From: Girardia tigrina
Lineage: Eukaryota
NCBI GenBank assembly: GCA_001938485.1
Contig: MQRK01224568.1
Coordinates: 1-64,000, forward strand
Length of the DNA stretch: 64,000 nucleotides
Direction: 5' to 3'
The notes below the pieces were generated by a model that made no database searches, was not told where the DNA came from, and was given only the letters and a program-made list of their open reading frames with translations. Shown here piece after piece: positions 53,701 through 63,519 of this stretch. The position numbers and the translations under genes were made by a program. How positions within the stretch are numbered: the first letter of the stretch is position 1; every line of letters begins with the position of its first letter.

Positions 53701-56700
53701 TTCTCAGGGAAAAGGTCCTGATGTCGTCCTCCATACGCATTGCATCACCCTTTTTGATGCTGATAACTTCGAGACGTCCGTTTTCCAAGTTTACCTGGAC
53801 TCAAGCATTAGTTTTCGTGTTTCAGGTTATCGTAGACAACCCACTTCTCATCGCACGTCAAAATCCGTTGCAATCCATCACGGTTGAGTTATTGCAATCG
53901 CTGAAGGAAATATGTTCTTTCGGTCGCGGATTATCGGACGTAGCTAGCCCAAATGTTTTTAGATACTTTCAATACTATACGACCAAGTTTGAATTTGTTG
54001 AAAATCAAGTTTCGGATTTCTCGATTTTTTGGCATTTTAATTTTTTCATAAAATCAATAACTTTGAATAGAAAAGAATATACAATGTGAATAATATATCA
54101 AAATACTCGTAAGAATGTATAATATATAAAATCCATATCATATAAGATTCATATAAGATAAAATTAAATTTAAAATTTTATGTAAACTTTTTTTTAAATA
54201 ACTAACAAAACTTTTGTTATAACATAATAAAAATAATAGAAAACGATTTAATTCAAAATATTAGTTATAAATTTATGAATTTTCAGAATCTTTTCGTAAT
54301 AAATACAATTTTGAAAGATTTTATTGATTTTTTGGACTTAGGAGATCCACTCTTCTATAATTTTATATAACAACAACTTTTTGGAGGTTTCATGTGCGGA
54401 AGCCGCGCTTTGAAGACCCGGCTATTGAAATGAGCAATTGGCACTGATTTATTTAATCAAAATTTTGCGATTTGGACCGAATAAATAGGTATTCAACGAG
54501 TCCCTACAGTAGCAGGACACGGAAATACATATCAAAATGCTCTCCTTAATCGACCTGTCATTTTGTCACCCCAACCATCTCAATCGAACAGAAAGTTTAA
54601 AATTGCTAACGATTCAGAGTTGAACATCAGAAATTGACACAGTTCTATCAATTACGAAACCCCAGTTCGAATGGGACTCTGATATGCAATAAATAATACA
54701 CAAAAAAAATATTTTTAAAATTAACGTTTTTATTCGGACTAAAAGTCTAAGATACTTAAAACATAGTGTTTAATTTACATTAACTCCCAAAACAACATCT
54801 CATAACGTAAATCAAAATTTGTTTGAAGTATGGAAAACTTATTTTTATCAAAGTTTTATTCTTGCAACATTTTTAACTTCATCTACTTGACTGGAGTCTT
54901 AATTTCATAACTAAAAGATCTTTATCAAGAAGAAATTGAAAGAAATATTTTACATTTATAAACAGTCGAGTCCGGTTAGTATGACTCTGGTTAGTGTGAC
55001 AATTCAGTTAATGTAACATTTTTTCCATAATATGTATTTGTGGTATGGATAATGACACCCTAAAAGTAATTTTAAAATTAAAATTTATTAAAATGATATT
55101 AAAAACTTGTTAATTTTAATAATTTCATTTTAATTTTAATAGTTTGAATATTACTTTATGGATGAGAAGTAAACATATTGATTCGCATGTAAGCACGTCA
55201 AATAATTTAGTTAGTTTTCTAATGAATGTTTTTTAATTTAATTTTTCATAAAAAATAGAAGTAAACCCAGCCATAATTACCAATAAAACGAATCGCTGTC
55301 AGTACAGCGAGAGCCTAAAATTTTGAATCTGCCAGCATCTAAGTCTCTTACTCGGCAACAGATCGCCAACCATTTTTGCATCGTCAGATAGGTTTTGGCC
55401 AATATTAAGGCTAAAAGAAACGATATTCAATTTGAGACTTTAGAAAAGAAAATGACAATGAATAGGTTCAAACGAAGACGTAGAATCAGTTGGAAAGTAA
55501 AAGTGATGTAGATATATATAAAGGAGATTTGTCAGATACTTTGAAGATTGCAGTAGGACAAGAGAGACAAGTCTCTAAAAAAGAAGCTTTGATGGTATTG
55601 AGCACACTACATAGCTACCTGCAACAGAACTGCATCAATTATGACTCTTTCGTTGTGTAGATTAAAGTTCAAGAGTCAATATTGTCTAAGAAGGACAAAA
55701 CTAAATTGAACGATTTCATCATGAGACAGTAGACAGACCAGGTACTATCGATGATCATGCAAAAAAAACAATAAAATTAAATTTTGATAAAACGAAGTCC
55801 GGATGAAAATTAAAAAAGTCCGGATGGAAACAGTAGATAAAATACTTTTAAAAGATTTTTCGAAAAATCAGAGTTTGGCTTCTCCTGATGGATCTAAGAA
55901 AGAAATCGTAGGATCATTAGATATGAATAATATGCCTAAATATTGTTTAATTGTACCTTATTCTGAAGGATTTAAAAACTTTAAAAATGCATTGTTAAAA
56001 GAAACTAACAATGAATTAAATTTAAAAATTATATCACGATCTTATAAAATTCAAAATATGTTCAGTAATAAATCTATTACACCTTTAACATTTTGTTCTG
56101 ATATTGTTTATGAATATAAATGTAATGGGTGCGATGCCACATACATTGGAGAGACTGCCCGTNNNNNNNNNNNNNNNNNNNNNNNNNNNNNNNNNNNNNN
56201 NNNNNNNNNNNNNNNNNNNNNNNNNNNNNNNNNNNNNNNNNNNNNNNNNNNNNNNNNNNNNNNNNNNNNNNNNNNNNNNNNNNNNNNNNNNNNNNNNNNN
56301 NNNNNNNNNNNNNNNNNNNNNNNNNNNNNNNNNNNNNNNNNNNNNNNNNNNNNNNNNNNNNNNNNNNNNNNNNNNNNNNNNNNNNNNNNNNNNNNNNNNN
56401 NNNNNNNNNNNNNNNNNNGTATTTATATACAGGTGAATTGATTATTAATTAGTGACCTGAAGATGACGGTAGATCCGTCGAAATATATTGTCGTAAAATA
56501 TATTTTTAAATGGATGACTTTGGTTATTAAAATTAAATTTTATTTAAATAATAAAAAATCTAATAAATCTAACTTTTGTTTGTATTCATTTTATATTAAC
56601 AAAGTAAAATTTTGACACATTTATTATTATACCGAAGAATAACATATCGAATACTATTAGAAGAAATTAGAGGATAAAAATTAAAAAGTGATATCCTATC

Positions 56701-59700
56701 AGCGTAAATTGTACATTATAAAGTTTTCGGTATGGTTCGGTTAATGTGACATGAACATCACGTCCCGAACACGCCACATTAAGCGGACTCGACTGTAGTA
56801 CATATTTTACTTCTATAATATAAAGTCAAGTCTCCTATAACGCTATCAATTTGTGCTGCGTTATAAGAAACTCGAATTAACAGAAGTTGAAAAAGTCATT
56901 TCATGCAACTCGGTCAACAAAAAACATAAAGAAGGACAAATTAGATTATTATTTGATCGCATTATATGGAAACTAGATTATATGAAAACTATATTATATA
57001 AATATTTACACTAATATAATTGACAAATTTGCCATGTGTTATGTGGAATCACAAAAATAAAATTGTAAACAAAACAGAACTACTCCAATTTAGGTAAAAC
57101 TGTTTTCTTAAAGAATTTATTTGTGATTTATACTGTTAAATAAATACAATATTTTTTATAAAAATTAGAAATGACATAAATTTTTTTCATATCTCACTTA
57201 CGTTTATTGAATATAAAACATTATAGCAAAATTACGAATAAAAAAATTTAATTTAATACATTAATTTAATTAATGTGCCTTCTATCATCACAATCAAGTA
57301 TTTTTAACTTAACTCTTTCTTTTCGTCACTTTGTAACTTCGGTTTATTTTCTAGTGTTGTTTTATATAATTCCACACGAACCTTTTAATATTGAGCTAAT
57401 CAATTTAGGAAATTCACTTAAAAACTTTGCTTTGTACATCGTTGAGGAATCATTTTGTACTATGTATGTTCCACCCAATCCCAAGGTTGCCCTGAAGACC
57501 GAACGATGGTAGGGGTAGAGTGGCAGTGTCCGATTTGAAATTCAGAGATTTCGACATCGAGCTGGATCCATTTTATTTTTGAGATTAAATGTTCAATCAT
57601 CGAATAGTATTTTTTATATTTGATGTAGTAAAATTCGTAATACAAAAAAATAATAATTCAAAATAACAGTTCAATAAATGTTTTTAATTAATCAAATTTT
57701 GAAAAATTTTTAAATACTAGCTTTCAAAAATATTTCAAAAAAGTACTGTTGTACAAATTTCGAAAATCAAATTAATATTCTACAAAAATATCAAACAACT
57801 AGAAAAAGGCCCGTCATATATGATGGATGCGCTGAATTTTCGTCTTTGAAAGTTTTAATTTTTAAATCGTATTTCGGAGAAAGCACTGCACCGACGGAAC
57901 CGTCTCGATGCAGGCTATCCAGATTCACCACGTCCTTACATAGAGTTGTTCCGGTACCTCCTCAATTTCGACTTTTGATCATAGCGTGACCGACAAACCA
58001 ACAAACAAACTAACATCTTAGACAATTATTAATAATTATTTTATTTTAATTAATTGTTATTTAATTAAGTTATTATAATTTATTTATTTATTATTAATAA
58101 GTAGTTTTTCATTCATTTTTATTTAATTATTATTTATTAATTTGTTTTTATTAATTATTTTAATTTTTTACTTTTTAACTTTTACAGTTACTTACTACTT
58201 ATAATTTTAAGTAGATTACCAAGCGTGAGGCACAAACAAACAAACAAACATTAGGTAATTATAAAAGTTATTAAAGTTCGACAATAAATTTCGACATTCT
58301 AAAAAAAATTAATTTTGTGACAAAATTTCATGAAACAATGAATAATGCCTGGCTCGAGGCTTGCTCATTGATTCACCAATTTAAGTAAATATATGGTACA
58401 CATACTGGCATAATAATTGATCCAAAGAGTCATCGGCTTAATAATTTATTTGTTCGGGCACAGCACCGTCATACTAGAGGTGAGACTCCGGGAGGTTGAA
58501 TGATTATATGCCGAGAAAAATACCTCTCATTATACGAGAAAGCCAACAAGCAGATTCCGGTCACTTCTGAGAGTAAGACAACCCAGTGGGCTGTCAACAA
58601 CTATCAGGATGCGGTTTATGATCTAAAATGCCACCAATAAAAAATAAAAATTCGAATTGAGCGTCATATGAAAAAAAATATTGAGATAAGAATTTAAATG
58701 GTAGCATCTCTTTAACATCGGCGTAGTGTTAAAACAACAATCCTGAAAAGTTAAGAGTTAAATGGGTGATTTGCATGTTCGAGCATTCAGGTTTATCACC
58801 TTATGGTAATTAATGGGTTCGTGATTAAAATCCAAAGTCATTATTCGCAAACTTTATTATTTATTACAACTTTCATTATTCAAACAAATTTATGAGGAAC
58901 AATATTTCAGTTACATAAACCAGATTTTAAAATTCTAAATATAAATAATAATATCGATATATAAATATATATTATTTTATTCAGTTTTGCATATATCATA
59001 TTTTGTTATTGTTTTATTAATTTTTACAATGTTTATTAATTGAAATATAATTTTAGATCTTTAAAAATATTTTAATGGATATCTCCTGTAAAAATTCAAT
59101 TCCTAAATATTTTTTTCTTTAATTTTAAAACATTTAATTACAAATTATTTTTAATAAGAATTTCCGTGGACAATTAAATTCAATAAACATTGTGTTTTTA
59201 TTTTAAAAACTGTTACCAGATATATCAAAATCTTCTTTACAATATTCTTTTACTCCGAAACAGTTATTTTAATAGTGATTTTTTTAAAACCAAATTTTTA
59301 TAAAAAAGTTGTTTCAATTTAATTAGTAAAATATTATCATTACACTATAATTTTTCATAAAAACTTATTTCATTTTAATTAGTAAAATATTATCTGTAAG
59401 CTATAATTTTTATGAAAAGTTATTTCAATTTAATTAGTAAAATATTATCTATAAACCATAATTTTTTATAAAAAGTTATTTCATTTTAATTAAACATTAT
59501 TTAATAAAGTAAAACATTATTTTAATTTATCTCAAATATATAAATAGGATTTTTAATTTAAAAATATCAAAAATTTACAGTTCACCAAAAAGAGCCCCTT
59601 AACAGTAATAAAGTTCAGATACTAATCTAAAGAGAGCTCGTGGATCCAAAGCTCAAAATCATTCTAATATCATGCCCGTGAGAGCTGAGTTGGCTTACCT

Positions 59701-62700
59701 TCCCTTAAGATTGTGTAAGTCTAGAAACTGGAAGGTCCTCATCCCCTGCCCATGGTATTAGACAACAGGGAGTTGAGAGGTAAGTTGAGGATTTTAAAGT
59801 TAAGGTTAACTGAAAGTAATTGTTTCTCCGATGTTTACGAATAACCCGGTAGCTCAAAGCCAAATTAGTTAAGTCAGTTCCCAAAAATGTTAAAAAAACA
59901 CACCGAACCTCAACATATGACTGGTTTTCCCAACATGACAGTGTTCGATCAAATTCTACGAACGGTTGAAGAAGTGAAATTAACAATACAATGCTAAGCA
60001 ATGGAAAAGCACCCATTCGAATGGGAAGATTGCTGAGATTATTAAATGGAGAGGCGACTCCATCTGCAGAAAACTAAAAAATCATTTCAAGTTAATCTGG
60101 AATGGAAGCTGAAAAAATTTCCGGTAAAATGAAAGTCAGCGAAAAAATATAATGCAAAAAATATCTTGAGATCGCTCTGTTAGAAGTTATGGACTAAAGC
60201 TTTTGCAAGAATTATTGTAAAAGGTAAACGTCTAAAATGGAAAATAGATTAAGTTAATGGCAATTCGGTTTCAGACCAGAAAATAAGATTCAGAAAAAAT
60301 AAAGATATTTACATATCAGCATACTTAAAAATACTAACAATTTTGGAAAGGATATTCGATAAGATAAAGCGTTTTCACTGGGACTTTACAGTCTCCATTG
60401 GAGAAAGTGAGTTCGAAATTAATAGAAATATCAATCAGAGGTGTGTAATTGAACCTTGTTTATTTAAAACTGTCTCCACGTTCCAATCGTTGCAATGAAA
60501 ATCTGATAGAGTCTCATCTATGGCCGGTAATTTATTATGTGTCCAATTTCGAAATATTACTGAAAGGAATATAAAACGACATCAAGCTTTTCATAACTAT
60601 TGTACAAGAATGGTACCCGGGAAAACACATTTGGACAGAATTGCTACTAGGATCTCTGAAACAAACTAGATGGATTGAGAAGCATGTTATTCAGAAAGCG
60701 TATTCTGTTTTATGAATGCCAGAAACGGAAAGTAGTTGAGTTTGTTAAACTTACATTACTTTCTCAATTCAAAAAAAAGTGTACACAATCAAGATTAGGC
60801 AAAATGTGAAAAAAATAATTATAGAGTCTGTTAAAAATTGTCTGTTAATTATGTTTTTACTAAGAGAAATCCAAGACACTTGAAAAATTATATACAATTT
60901 AAACAATAAACATTTAAGATTTTCAAATTTATATGAAACATGTATAAAACTTCTTTTTTGATAATGCCCCATTGACAAAACCTCTTGTTTTGAACTACTC
61001 TAAAAATTATATTTTATTTAACACTAGAATGCCCAAGAGGTCATTTTTGACCGCAGGGCAATTTTAAACTAGTAAAACAAACAATAATTCCTATCAATTC
61101 GATTTATTGAGACTTCATTACTTGAATAAATATTAACAATATAGATAGGGCCTTGAAAATACCAAGTCATTAGGATTTACTGTCTTAAAATGAGCACGGT
61201 TTTAAATTGTCCTTCAGTAAAATCGACAGCTTGGGCGTACTAGTGTTGATTCATTATTTGTTATTTACATTATCATCTTGAAAAGCTTTATTGGAACTAT
61301 TTTTCGATATGTATTTAGTCCTTAAATGCATATTGTTGTAATATTACAACATACAACATTCAAACGCCTTAAAATCATTAGTATTCGCTCATTGCAAGCC
61401 GTGGTAAAATCAGCATTGTCTACACGATTTATTTTTTCGAGTGGCAACACATTATTTTTTCGAAACTATCATATATGAACTTGGCGTTGATATATCGAAG
61501 ATATCGAAAATATTTTTTAAGGCATTAGAAAAAATCATGCATTTAAGGTTTAAGGGTTTTTCTAAATTGCAAAGACACAGACTAATACAAATTATTTGTG
61601 TGATTTCTATCATTTTTCTTTTATTAATTGCTATCGTTTTCAACGATTTAGAGTTTAAAATAATACTGTTTGAAAAAAAATAGAATTTTATGTTTCATAC
61701 ATTCAAATCTTTCACAGGATTTAGTGCAATATATGGTATATAAGAGTCCTGAAAAATTAAAGTCAATATCGCCGTCAAATGCAAAGTTATGTCGAGATCC
61801 TCACATTGTTGAAGAACTGTTAATTCAATGGAAAATATTGGCAACTAGTAAATTACTGGTGAAGGACTCAGAAATAAATATGACAGAATCTCAAGCTTTA
61901 GAACTAGACAAATACCTTTTGGGTCACGTTAATAGTCTTGTGAGTGAAGACAACATTTTTTCCGTAACTAACTGTAATTCTCTTGGCATCGTACGAATTA
62001 TCACTCCTCTTCTTATAGCTTGTCAAGTAATTTTTTGTGTTTAATAATTTGTTTATCAAGATTTTAGGAATCATTTGAAGCCTTAGAACGACCACTACCT
62101 CCGGAAATATGTAGTATTTTGATGCAAATAATTACCAATTTAATTCCGACACCTGTTGATCTAAATATTGTTACAAACCTTTTAAACACTATCCTCCAGT
62201 TACATCCAGTTTCCATGAAGGATAATGACCTTGACAATGGCCAATATTATCGTCATTTAAAAACACGTACGAACTTTTATAAATCTTTTTCTTAAAAGAT
62301 CCTTTAATTTTTATTATCTTTTTTAACTAATTTGTAATATATATTTTTTTATTACAGTTAAACTTTTGGAATCTGTAAATCAGCTTCCTGATCAAGACAT
62401 AGAGATCCAAATTCCGGAGAAACCAGTTCTTCCAAACAGGAAATCTAGAGAAGGTAATATTTTTTGTTAAAAATATTTATAAAATTATTAAATTTACTCA
62501 TTTTTGAAACGTTGGTGACCAATTTAAAATAAATTTAATTTTAATGAAACATAATTCATAGGCACAGAAATTTCTTAATAAGATCCAAAAAATAGAATAG
62601 ACACTAATGCATATTTTCGATAATTTATAAATCAATTGTAAGAAAGTTTAATATAAAAGCACCGTAAATAACCTGGTACCGAAAGTTTTCGATGGGCGCG

Positions 62701-63273
62701 GTGATTTAGAAAAAATCCACAGGGATTGGTTAGAAGTCCTTGTTGTTGTAACATCTGATGTATCGCTGTGGAACCGTAACATCAAATATAGTCGCTAAGA
62801 AATTTTTCAAAACTACCATGCCTATCGAAAAGATTCGTTGCAATGTTATTCACAGCACTTGACGTGATTTCCACTTAAGTAAAGTCGGTCTATAATTCAT
62901 TAAAGAGACATCTATACAATACGGTATTTGATCATCATTTTTTGCAGAATTAAAAAGAATGTCCAAATCTACGATCTTCGAGTCTATGTGCGCTTCATTA
63001 CAGGAGTCAAAAGTCAGTGAAGTTGAAAAGAAAGCCATGCAACAGTTTTATGAATCAACGTTGTCAGACTCTTTTCAAGCAAATTATGATGAAACAGGAA
63101 ATCGAGAAATAGTAAATCTTATATGGTCATACGAAAGAATAGATTGATATTAAAATAGGAGTTGTCTACCGAGTCTACTATTTCACAGTCGACAAACAGT
63201 GGCCCTACGATAATCGATGAAAACGACGACAATTCGATGAACGGATCATTCGATGATACATTAATGGATTCGA
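3061..63273 (+). CDS. LYST: Lysosomal trafficking regulator LYST/CHS1-like BEACH-family gene, internal portion (16 exons: 3061-3234, 7877-8045, 17533-17823, 32546-33019, 37150-37310, 37367-37687, 41083-41260, 41309-41547, 41591-41706, 44760-44901, 44954-45124, 61718-62026, 62068-62266, 62358-62453, 62948-63111, 63189-63273); both gene ends are outside the window
   Basis: All exons are bounded by AG/GT and the phases chain with no stop codon. Peptides run colinearly with vertebrate LYST as I recall it: EYEADVSSDLVSDGETES (~GYEADSESNPEDGETQ), GFSVSMW, HLASL...FQIWCQPSSGTILIRL (~IQVWADPHNATLIFRV), FLPINTWNFL, SLGSIFVFEG, AVENLGGISILMFWLAKLVE (~LHEIGGTGIFVFLFARVVE), IVEELLIQWKIL (~LLEELLLDWKIW), LLIACQ..PLPPEIC..PVDL..LHP. 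The exon 4 donor (33019 vs 33063) is ambiguous. Confidence 0.88.
4168..5407 (-). mobile_element. Highly degenerate Tc1/mariner-superfamily element
   Basis: Minus-strand remnants ..SGRPRT.., FQHDNA, ..LWVYK; imperfect terminal repeats. Confidence 0.45.
5413..5925 (-). mobile_element. Solo LTR family A, copy 3
   Basis: Minus strand TGTGAGG...CTTAATA; perfect TSD catat (5408-5412 / 5926-5930); near-identical to copy 4. Confidence 0.9.
6954..7590. mobile_element. Non-autonomous hAT element
   Basis: TIR cagtgccggatta/taatccggcacgg; 8-bp TSD cttatgac/cttatggc; same end type as the hAT at 15065. Confidence 0.85.
7877..8045 (+). CDS. LYST: LYST exon, acidic segment (…EYEADVSSDLVSDGETES)
   Basis: cttcag|gtg ... 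c|gtgagt; ORF track 7877..; phase 1 joins 17533 (c+ag=Q). Confidence 0.8.
8166..10330 (-). pseudogene. Degenerate Ty3/Gypsy gag-pol relic
   Basis: Minus-strand remnants in order: Zn-knuckle-like SRYGYKGQ..KSGHI, protease-like DTG, RT-like GGYKAVVNSQ and KNILTTNT; ends in an LTR-like ...attcttaata. Confidence 0.5.
11130..11645 (-). mobile_element. Degenerate Tc1/mariner N-terminal remnant
   Basis: Minus strand ..ESVEDG..TGRP motif. Confidence 0.35.
12224..12262 (-). ncRNA. Hammerhead ribozyme, inverted copy with core mutation (CTCATGA)
   Basis: Reverse complement of 13705-13743 except G->C in CUGAUGA. Confidence 0.65.
13705..13743 (+). ncRNA. Minimal type I hammerhead ribozyme (intact core)
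   Basis: gat-CTGATGA-t-gacggt.taa.accgtc-GAAA-tatatt-atc; palindromic helix III ATATAT, AUU cleavage triplet. Confidence 0.85.
14831..15064 (-). pseudogene. maT/DD37D-type transposase fragment
   Basis: FSDEKNF...KFPASLMVLGVVSCEGDVMPPH. Confidence 0.75.
15065..16649 (+). mobile_element. hAT transposon 5' half (ZMYM1/DUF4371-like transposase, disrupted, 3'-truncated)
   Basis: Terminus cagagccggatta..ggggcccc; LAFRG, NGNYL, YLSSTICEEFI, YFSVSVDSTPDLSHVDQLTVIIRYV. Confidence 0.88.
16650..16960 (-). pseudogene. Mariner transposase C-terminal remnant
   Basis: Minus strand HAYSSDISPTVYH (~HPPYSPDLAPSDYH). Confidence 0.55.
17533..17823 (+). CDS. LYST: LYST exon (NMSDH...ILNTNDSS)
   Basis: ttctag|ag ... 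g|gtttgt; phase 1 joins 32546 (g+aa=E), giving NDSSECSDLQLILLKLL (~QDDSDFQACQRVLVDLL). Confidence 0.85.
20816..21198 (+). mobile_element. Solo LTR family A, copy 5
   Basis: TGTGAGG...CATAATA; perfect TSD cgtat (20811-20815 / 21199-21203). Confidence 0.88.
21300..21473 (-). mobile_element. Partial solo LTR family A (5' part)
   Basis: Minus strand gaggaatg..tgttgtatgttgatttgggattgtatctttcc motif. Confidence 0.45.
21585..21930 (+). mobile_element. Penelope-like 3' fragment
   Basis: IAEHRKKC..NNFKVL..CEALLIRTHNPKINVQ followed by a hammerhead. Confidence 0.82.
21844..21881 (+). ncRNA. Minimal type I hammerhead ribozyme (intact core)
   Basis: tgt-CTGATGA-t-gacgg.tggt.ccgtc-GAAA-ttaatc-ata; helix III ATTAAT, AUC triplet. 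Confidence 0.8.
23085..23799 (+). pseudogene. Disrupted DNA-transposon transposase C-terminus (probably hATm-like)
   Basis: HS**LTAANRILRLYVST, VYAPMWFHIK, QRNAYFVHPEN, PCHSQTFERNLKLVTEA..RDGYIRA; family name is from memory. Confidence 0.65.
25131..25361. mobile_element. piggyBac-like MITE
   Basis: TTAA|cccctttaccgtg ... cacggtaaatggg|TTAA. Confidence 0.75.
25677..26634 (+). CDS. Rhodopsin-like (class A) orphan GPCR, ~305 aa, exons 25677-25700 and 25741-26634, nested in a LYST intron
   Basis: Seven hydrophobic segments; TM1 GN, TM2 LWD, TM3 SLERM (E/DRY), TM6 FP, TM7 SNSAIRFYLY; start MNETDQGP with an N-glycosylation sequon; 40-nt gtaag..tacag intron restores the frame. Confidence 0.88.
27150..27525 (+). 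pseudogene. Gypsy gag-like fragment
   Basis: DPFDTLKLALIKEYSLT..KSSRVLRDLK..VIRQQFL. Confidence 0.55.
28165..29818 (-). mobile_element. Full-length Tc1-like (DD34E) transposon, ~220-bp TIRs, frameshifted transposase 29468->28397
   Basis: TA TSDs; TIRs 28165-28389 / 29598-29818 with inner and outer (tc/tt)ggacac repeats; MVCRKK..SVREISKILEISKSTV, FSDQSRF, QQDGA, WPSGSPDSSPIENVW. Confidence 0.93.
31451..31913 (-). mobile_element. Solo LTR family A, copy 7 (canonical TG...CA)
   Basis: Perfect TSD tttat (31446-31450 / 31914-31918); MDLSESNTIDHHKDDKKCEYNKCSVKCVSSLN. Confidence 0.85.
32546..33019 (+). CDS. LYST: LYST exon, start of ConA-like domain (GFSVSMW)
   Basis: tatag|aa; ORF track 32578..33093; donor a|gtaatg. 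Confidence 0.85.
33232..35588 (+). mobile_element. Rearranged Tc1/IS630-like element
   Basis: TIRs ccattttt(t)gttcaaattggaca; YNDESSFNL..GRSKKG..MSLIAAMS; FLSTYS..NPIENAFSKIK split by a mariner. Confidence 0.75.
34081..35320 (+). mobile_element. Mariner element (mostly gap) inserted at TA
   Basis: TIRs ttaggttg(t/g)tcgaaaaataatggcggttt; MEKIKI start; C-terminal FYADGINNL. Confidence 0.85.
35728..36340 (+). mobile_element. Small TIR MITE (35728-35780) and degenerate IS630/Tc1-like fragment
   Basis: ggtgttcagaa/ttctgaacacc; YIFIDE motif. Confidence 0.45.
36819..36928. mobile_element. pogo/Tigger-type MITE
   Basis: TA|cagtaaaacctctctataa ... ttatagagaggttttactg|TA. Confidence 0.85.
37150..37687 (+). 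CDS. LYST: LYST exons 37150-37310 and 37367-37687 (ConA-like domain), 56-nt intron
   Basis: HLASLY..FQ|IWCQPSSGTILIRL..FLPINTWNFLTISV; canonical splice sites. Confidence 0.85.
38578..39858. repeat. Inverted duplication of a Gypsy integrase C-terminal fragment
   Basis: 38578-38975 is mirrored by 39234-39858; EAL.WYNNTP..TPS..VWVKP..W.KGVVVKR..YLV..RHIADIRP. Confidence 0.8.
39404..39616. mobile_element. hAT MITE
   Basis: TIR cagtggtggccaa; perfect 8-bp TSD atctatat. Confidence 0.92.
40259..40403. mobile_element. piggyBac-like MITE (related end at 36636)
   Basis: TTAA|cccgttgactaccg ... cggtagtcaatggg|TTAA. Confidence 0.8.
41083..41706 (+). CDS. LYST: LYST exons 41083-41260, 41309-41547, 41591-41706 (48- and 43-nt introns)
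   Basis: YIAIG...FSLGSIFVFEG|QKI..MFLSPDW; phases 0/1/0/2 are consistent. Confidence 0.82.
41727..41800. repeat. (ATT)n microsatellite
   Basis: Direct inspection. Confidence 0.9.
42948..44246 (+). mobile_element. Full-length mariner (DD34D); transposase 43117-~44150 with a single frameshift
   Basis: TA TSDs; ~30-bp TIRs cgtggtgc(g/a)atc..taagtccttagactcg; TQDET, QDNA, HPP/YSPDLAASDF broken by a 1-nt deletion near 43936. Confidence 0.95.
44760..45124 (+). CDS. LYST: LYST exons 44760-44901 and 44954-45124
   Basis: SAVENLGGISILMFWLAK|LVESDD...NGFSTLLQLF..NFEIID; canonical sites. Confidence 0.88.
45452..45697. mobile_element. piggyBac-like foldback element
   Basis: TTAA|ccctttcaa..; 45455-45510 is mirrored at 45602-45656; repeated gggacaatatgtcc. 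Confidence 0.6.
45900..46713. mobile_element. Non-autonomous MULE-like element with tandem-repeat TIRs
   Basis: ~100-bp TIRs built of 15-bp gacatttcctcacat units; 9-10-bp TSD ttatttttt(g). Confidence 0.75.
46850..47520 (+). pseudogene. Degenerate element with a C2H2-like finger (non-LTR N-terminus?)
   Basis: FKCSRCKKTYKAKIWLTRHL followed by stops. Confidence 0.35.
48914..49876 (-). mobile_element. Internally deleted MULE with tandem-repeat TIRs
   Basis: gccaaaatatcgaca repeats at both ends, inverted; TSD aacttaaaa/aacttaaca; TENIVEAWHRRW..H (MULE TNN.VE.WH motif). Confidence 0.78.
50121..50822. mobile_element. piggyBac-like MITE 50121-50351 plus partial duplicate 50658-50821
   Basis: TTAA ends, TIR ..agtacggagt; ~160-bp near-identical direct copy. 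Confidence 0.7.
51897..52338 (+). mobile_element. Solo LTR family A, copy 8
   Basis: tgtttctccgacccagatag motif; MSINGSFVGSCSEDKSHCGNTNLENHISVLN; TSD atgac/atgat. Confidence 0.8.
53239..54226 (-). mobile_element. Degenerate mariner
   Basis: GWDVLMHHQYSPDVAPSNYHL; imperfect TIRs. Confidence 0.8.
55786..56527 (+). mobile_element. 5'-truncated Penelope-like element
   Basis: VPYSEG..IVYEYKCNGCDATYIGETAR (GIY-YIG); 14-bp TSD taaaattaaatttt (55772-55785 / 56528-56541). Confidence 0.9.
56454..56492 (+). ncRNA. Minimal type I hammerhead ribozyme (intact core)
   Basis: gac-CTGAAGA-t-gacgg.tagat.ccgtc-GAAA-tatatt-gtc. Confidence 0.85.
57798..58260 (+). mobile_element. Possible non-autonomous Helentron/DINE-like element
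   Basis: actag..ccgtcatatatgatgg hairpin near the start; (caaa)n tracts near the end. Confidence 0.3.
59270..59500. repeat. AT-rich minisatellite, ~57-bp unit, ~4 copies
   Basis: Recurring tttca(a/t)tttaattagtaaaatattatc. Confidence 0.8.
59590..60750 (+). pseudogene. Degenerate non-LTR (LINE) reverse transcriptase relic
   Basis: QFGFRP; FEINRNINQRCVIEPCLF (~G..QG..LSP.LF). Confidence 0.55.
61022..61245. mobile_element. piggyBac-like MITE
   Basis: TTAA|cactagaatgcccaag ... cttgggcgtactagtg|TTGA. Confidence 0.7.
61718..63273 (+). CDS. LYST: LYST exons 61718-62026, 62068-62266, 62358-62453, 62948-63111, 63189-63273
   Basis: DPHIVEELLIQWK; LLIACQ|ESFEALERPLPPEIC; phases chain without stops. 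Confidence 0.85.
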
Positions 63274-63519
63274 GTAAGACTATTTTCTATTGGTCATAAA
63301 TCATTGTAATTTTATTATTATTATATCATTGCGATCATGTGAATATTTGGTACTTACTTACTAACGCCACCGCAGCAAAAATTCTGTTAATGCGCCGATC
63401 TACACCAAAACGTTTTGAGACAAATTATAGAATAGATAACTTTATTTCAAATCAAAACAAACAAATCAAAAATTCTAAAAAATTTATTTATAAAAAGTAA
63501 TCAATCGGATTTTGTTGTA

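Larger units (their letters stand above)
54963..56795 (+). mobile_element. pogo/Tigger-like element, deleted, interrupted by Penelope
   Basis: TIR cagtcgagtccg/cggactcgactg; CENP-B/psq HTH remnant LTRQQIANHF. Confidence 0.78.
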
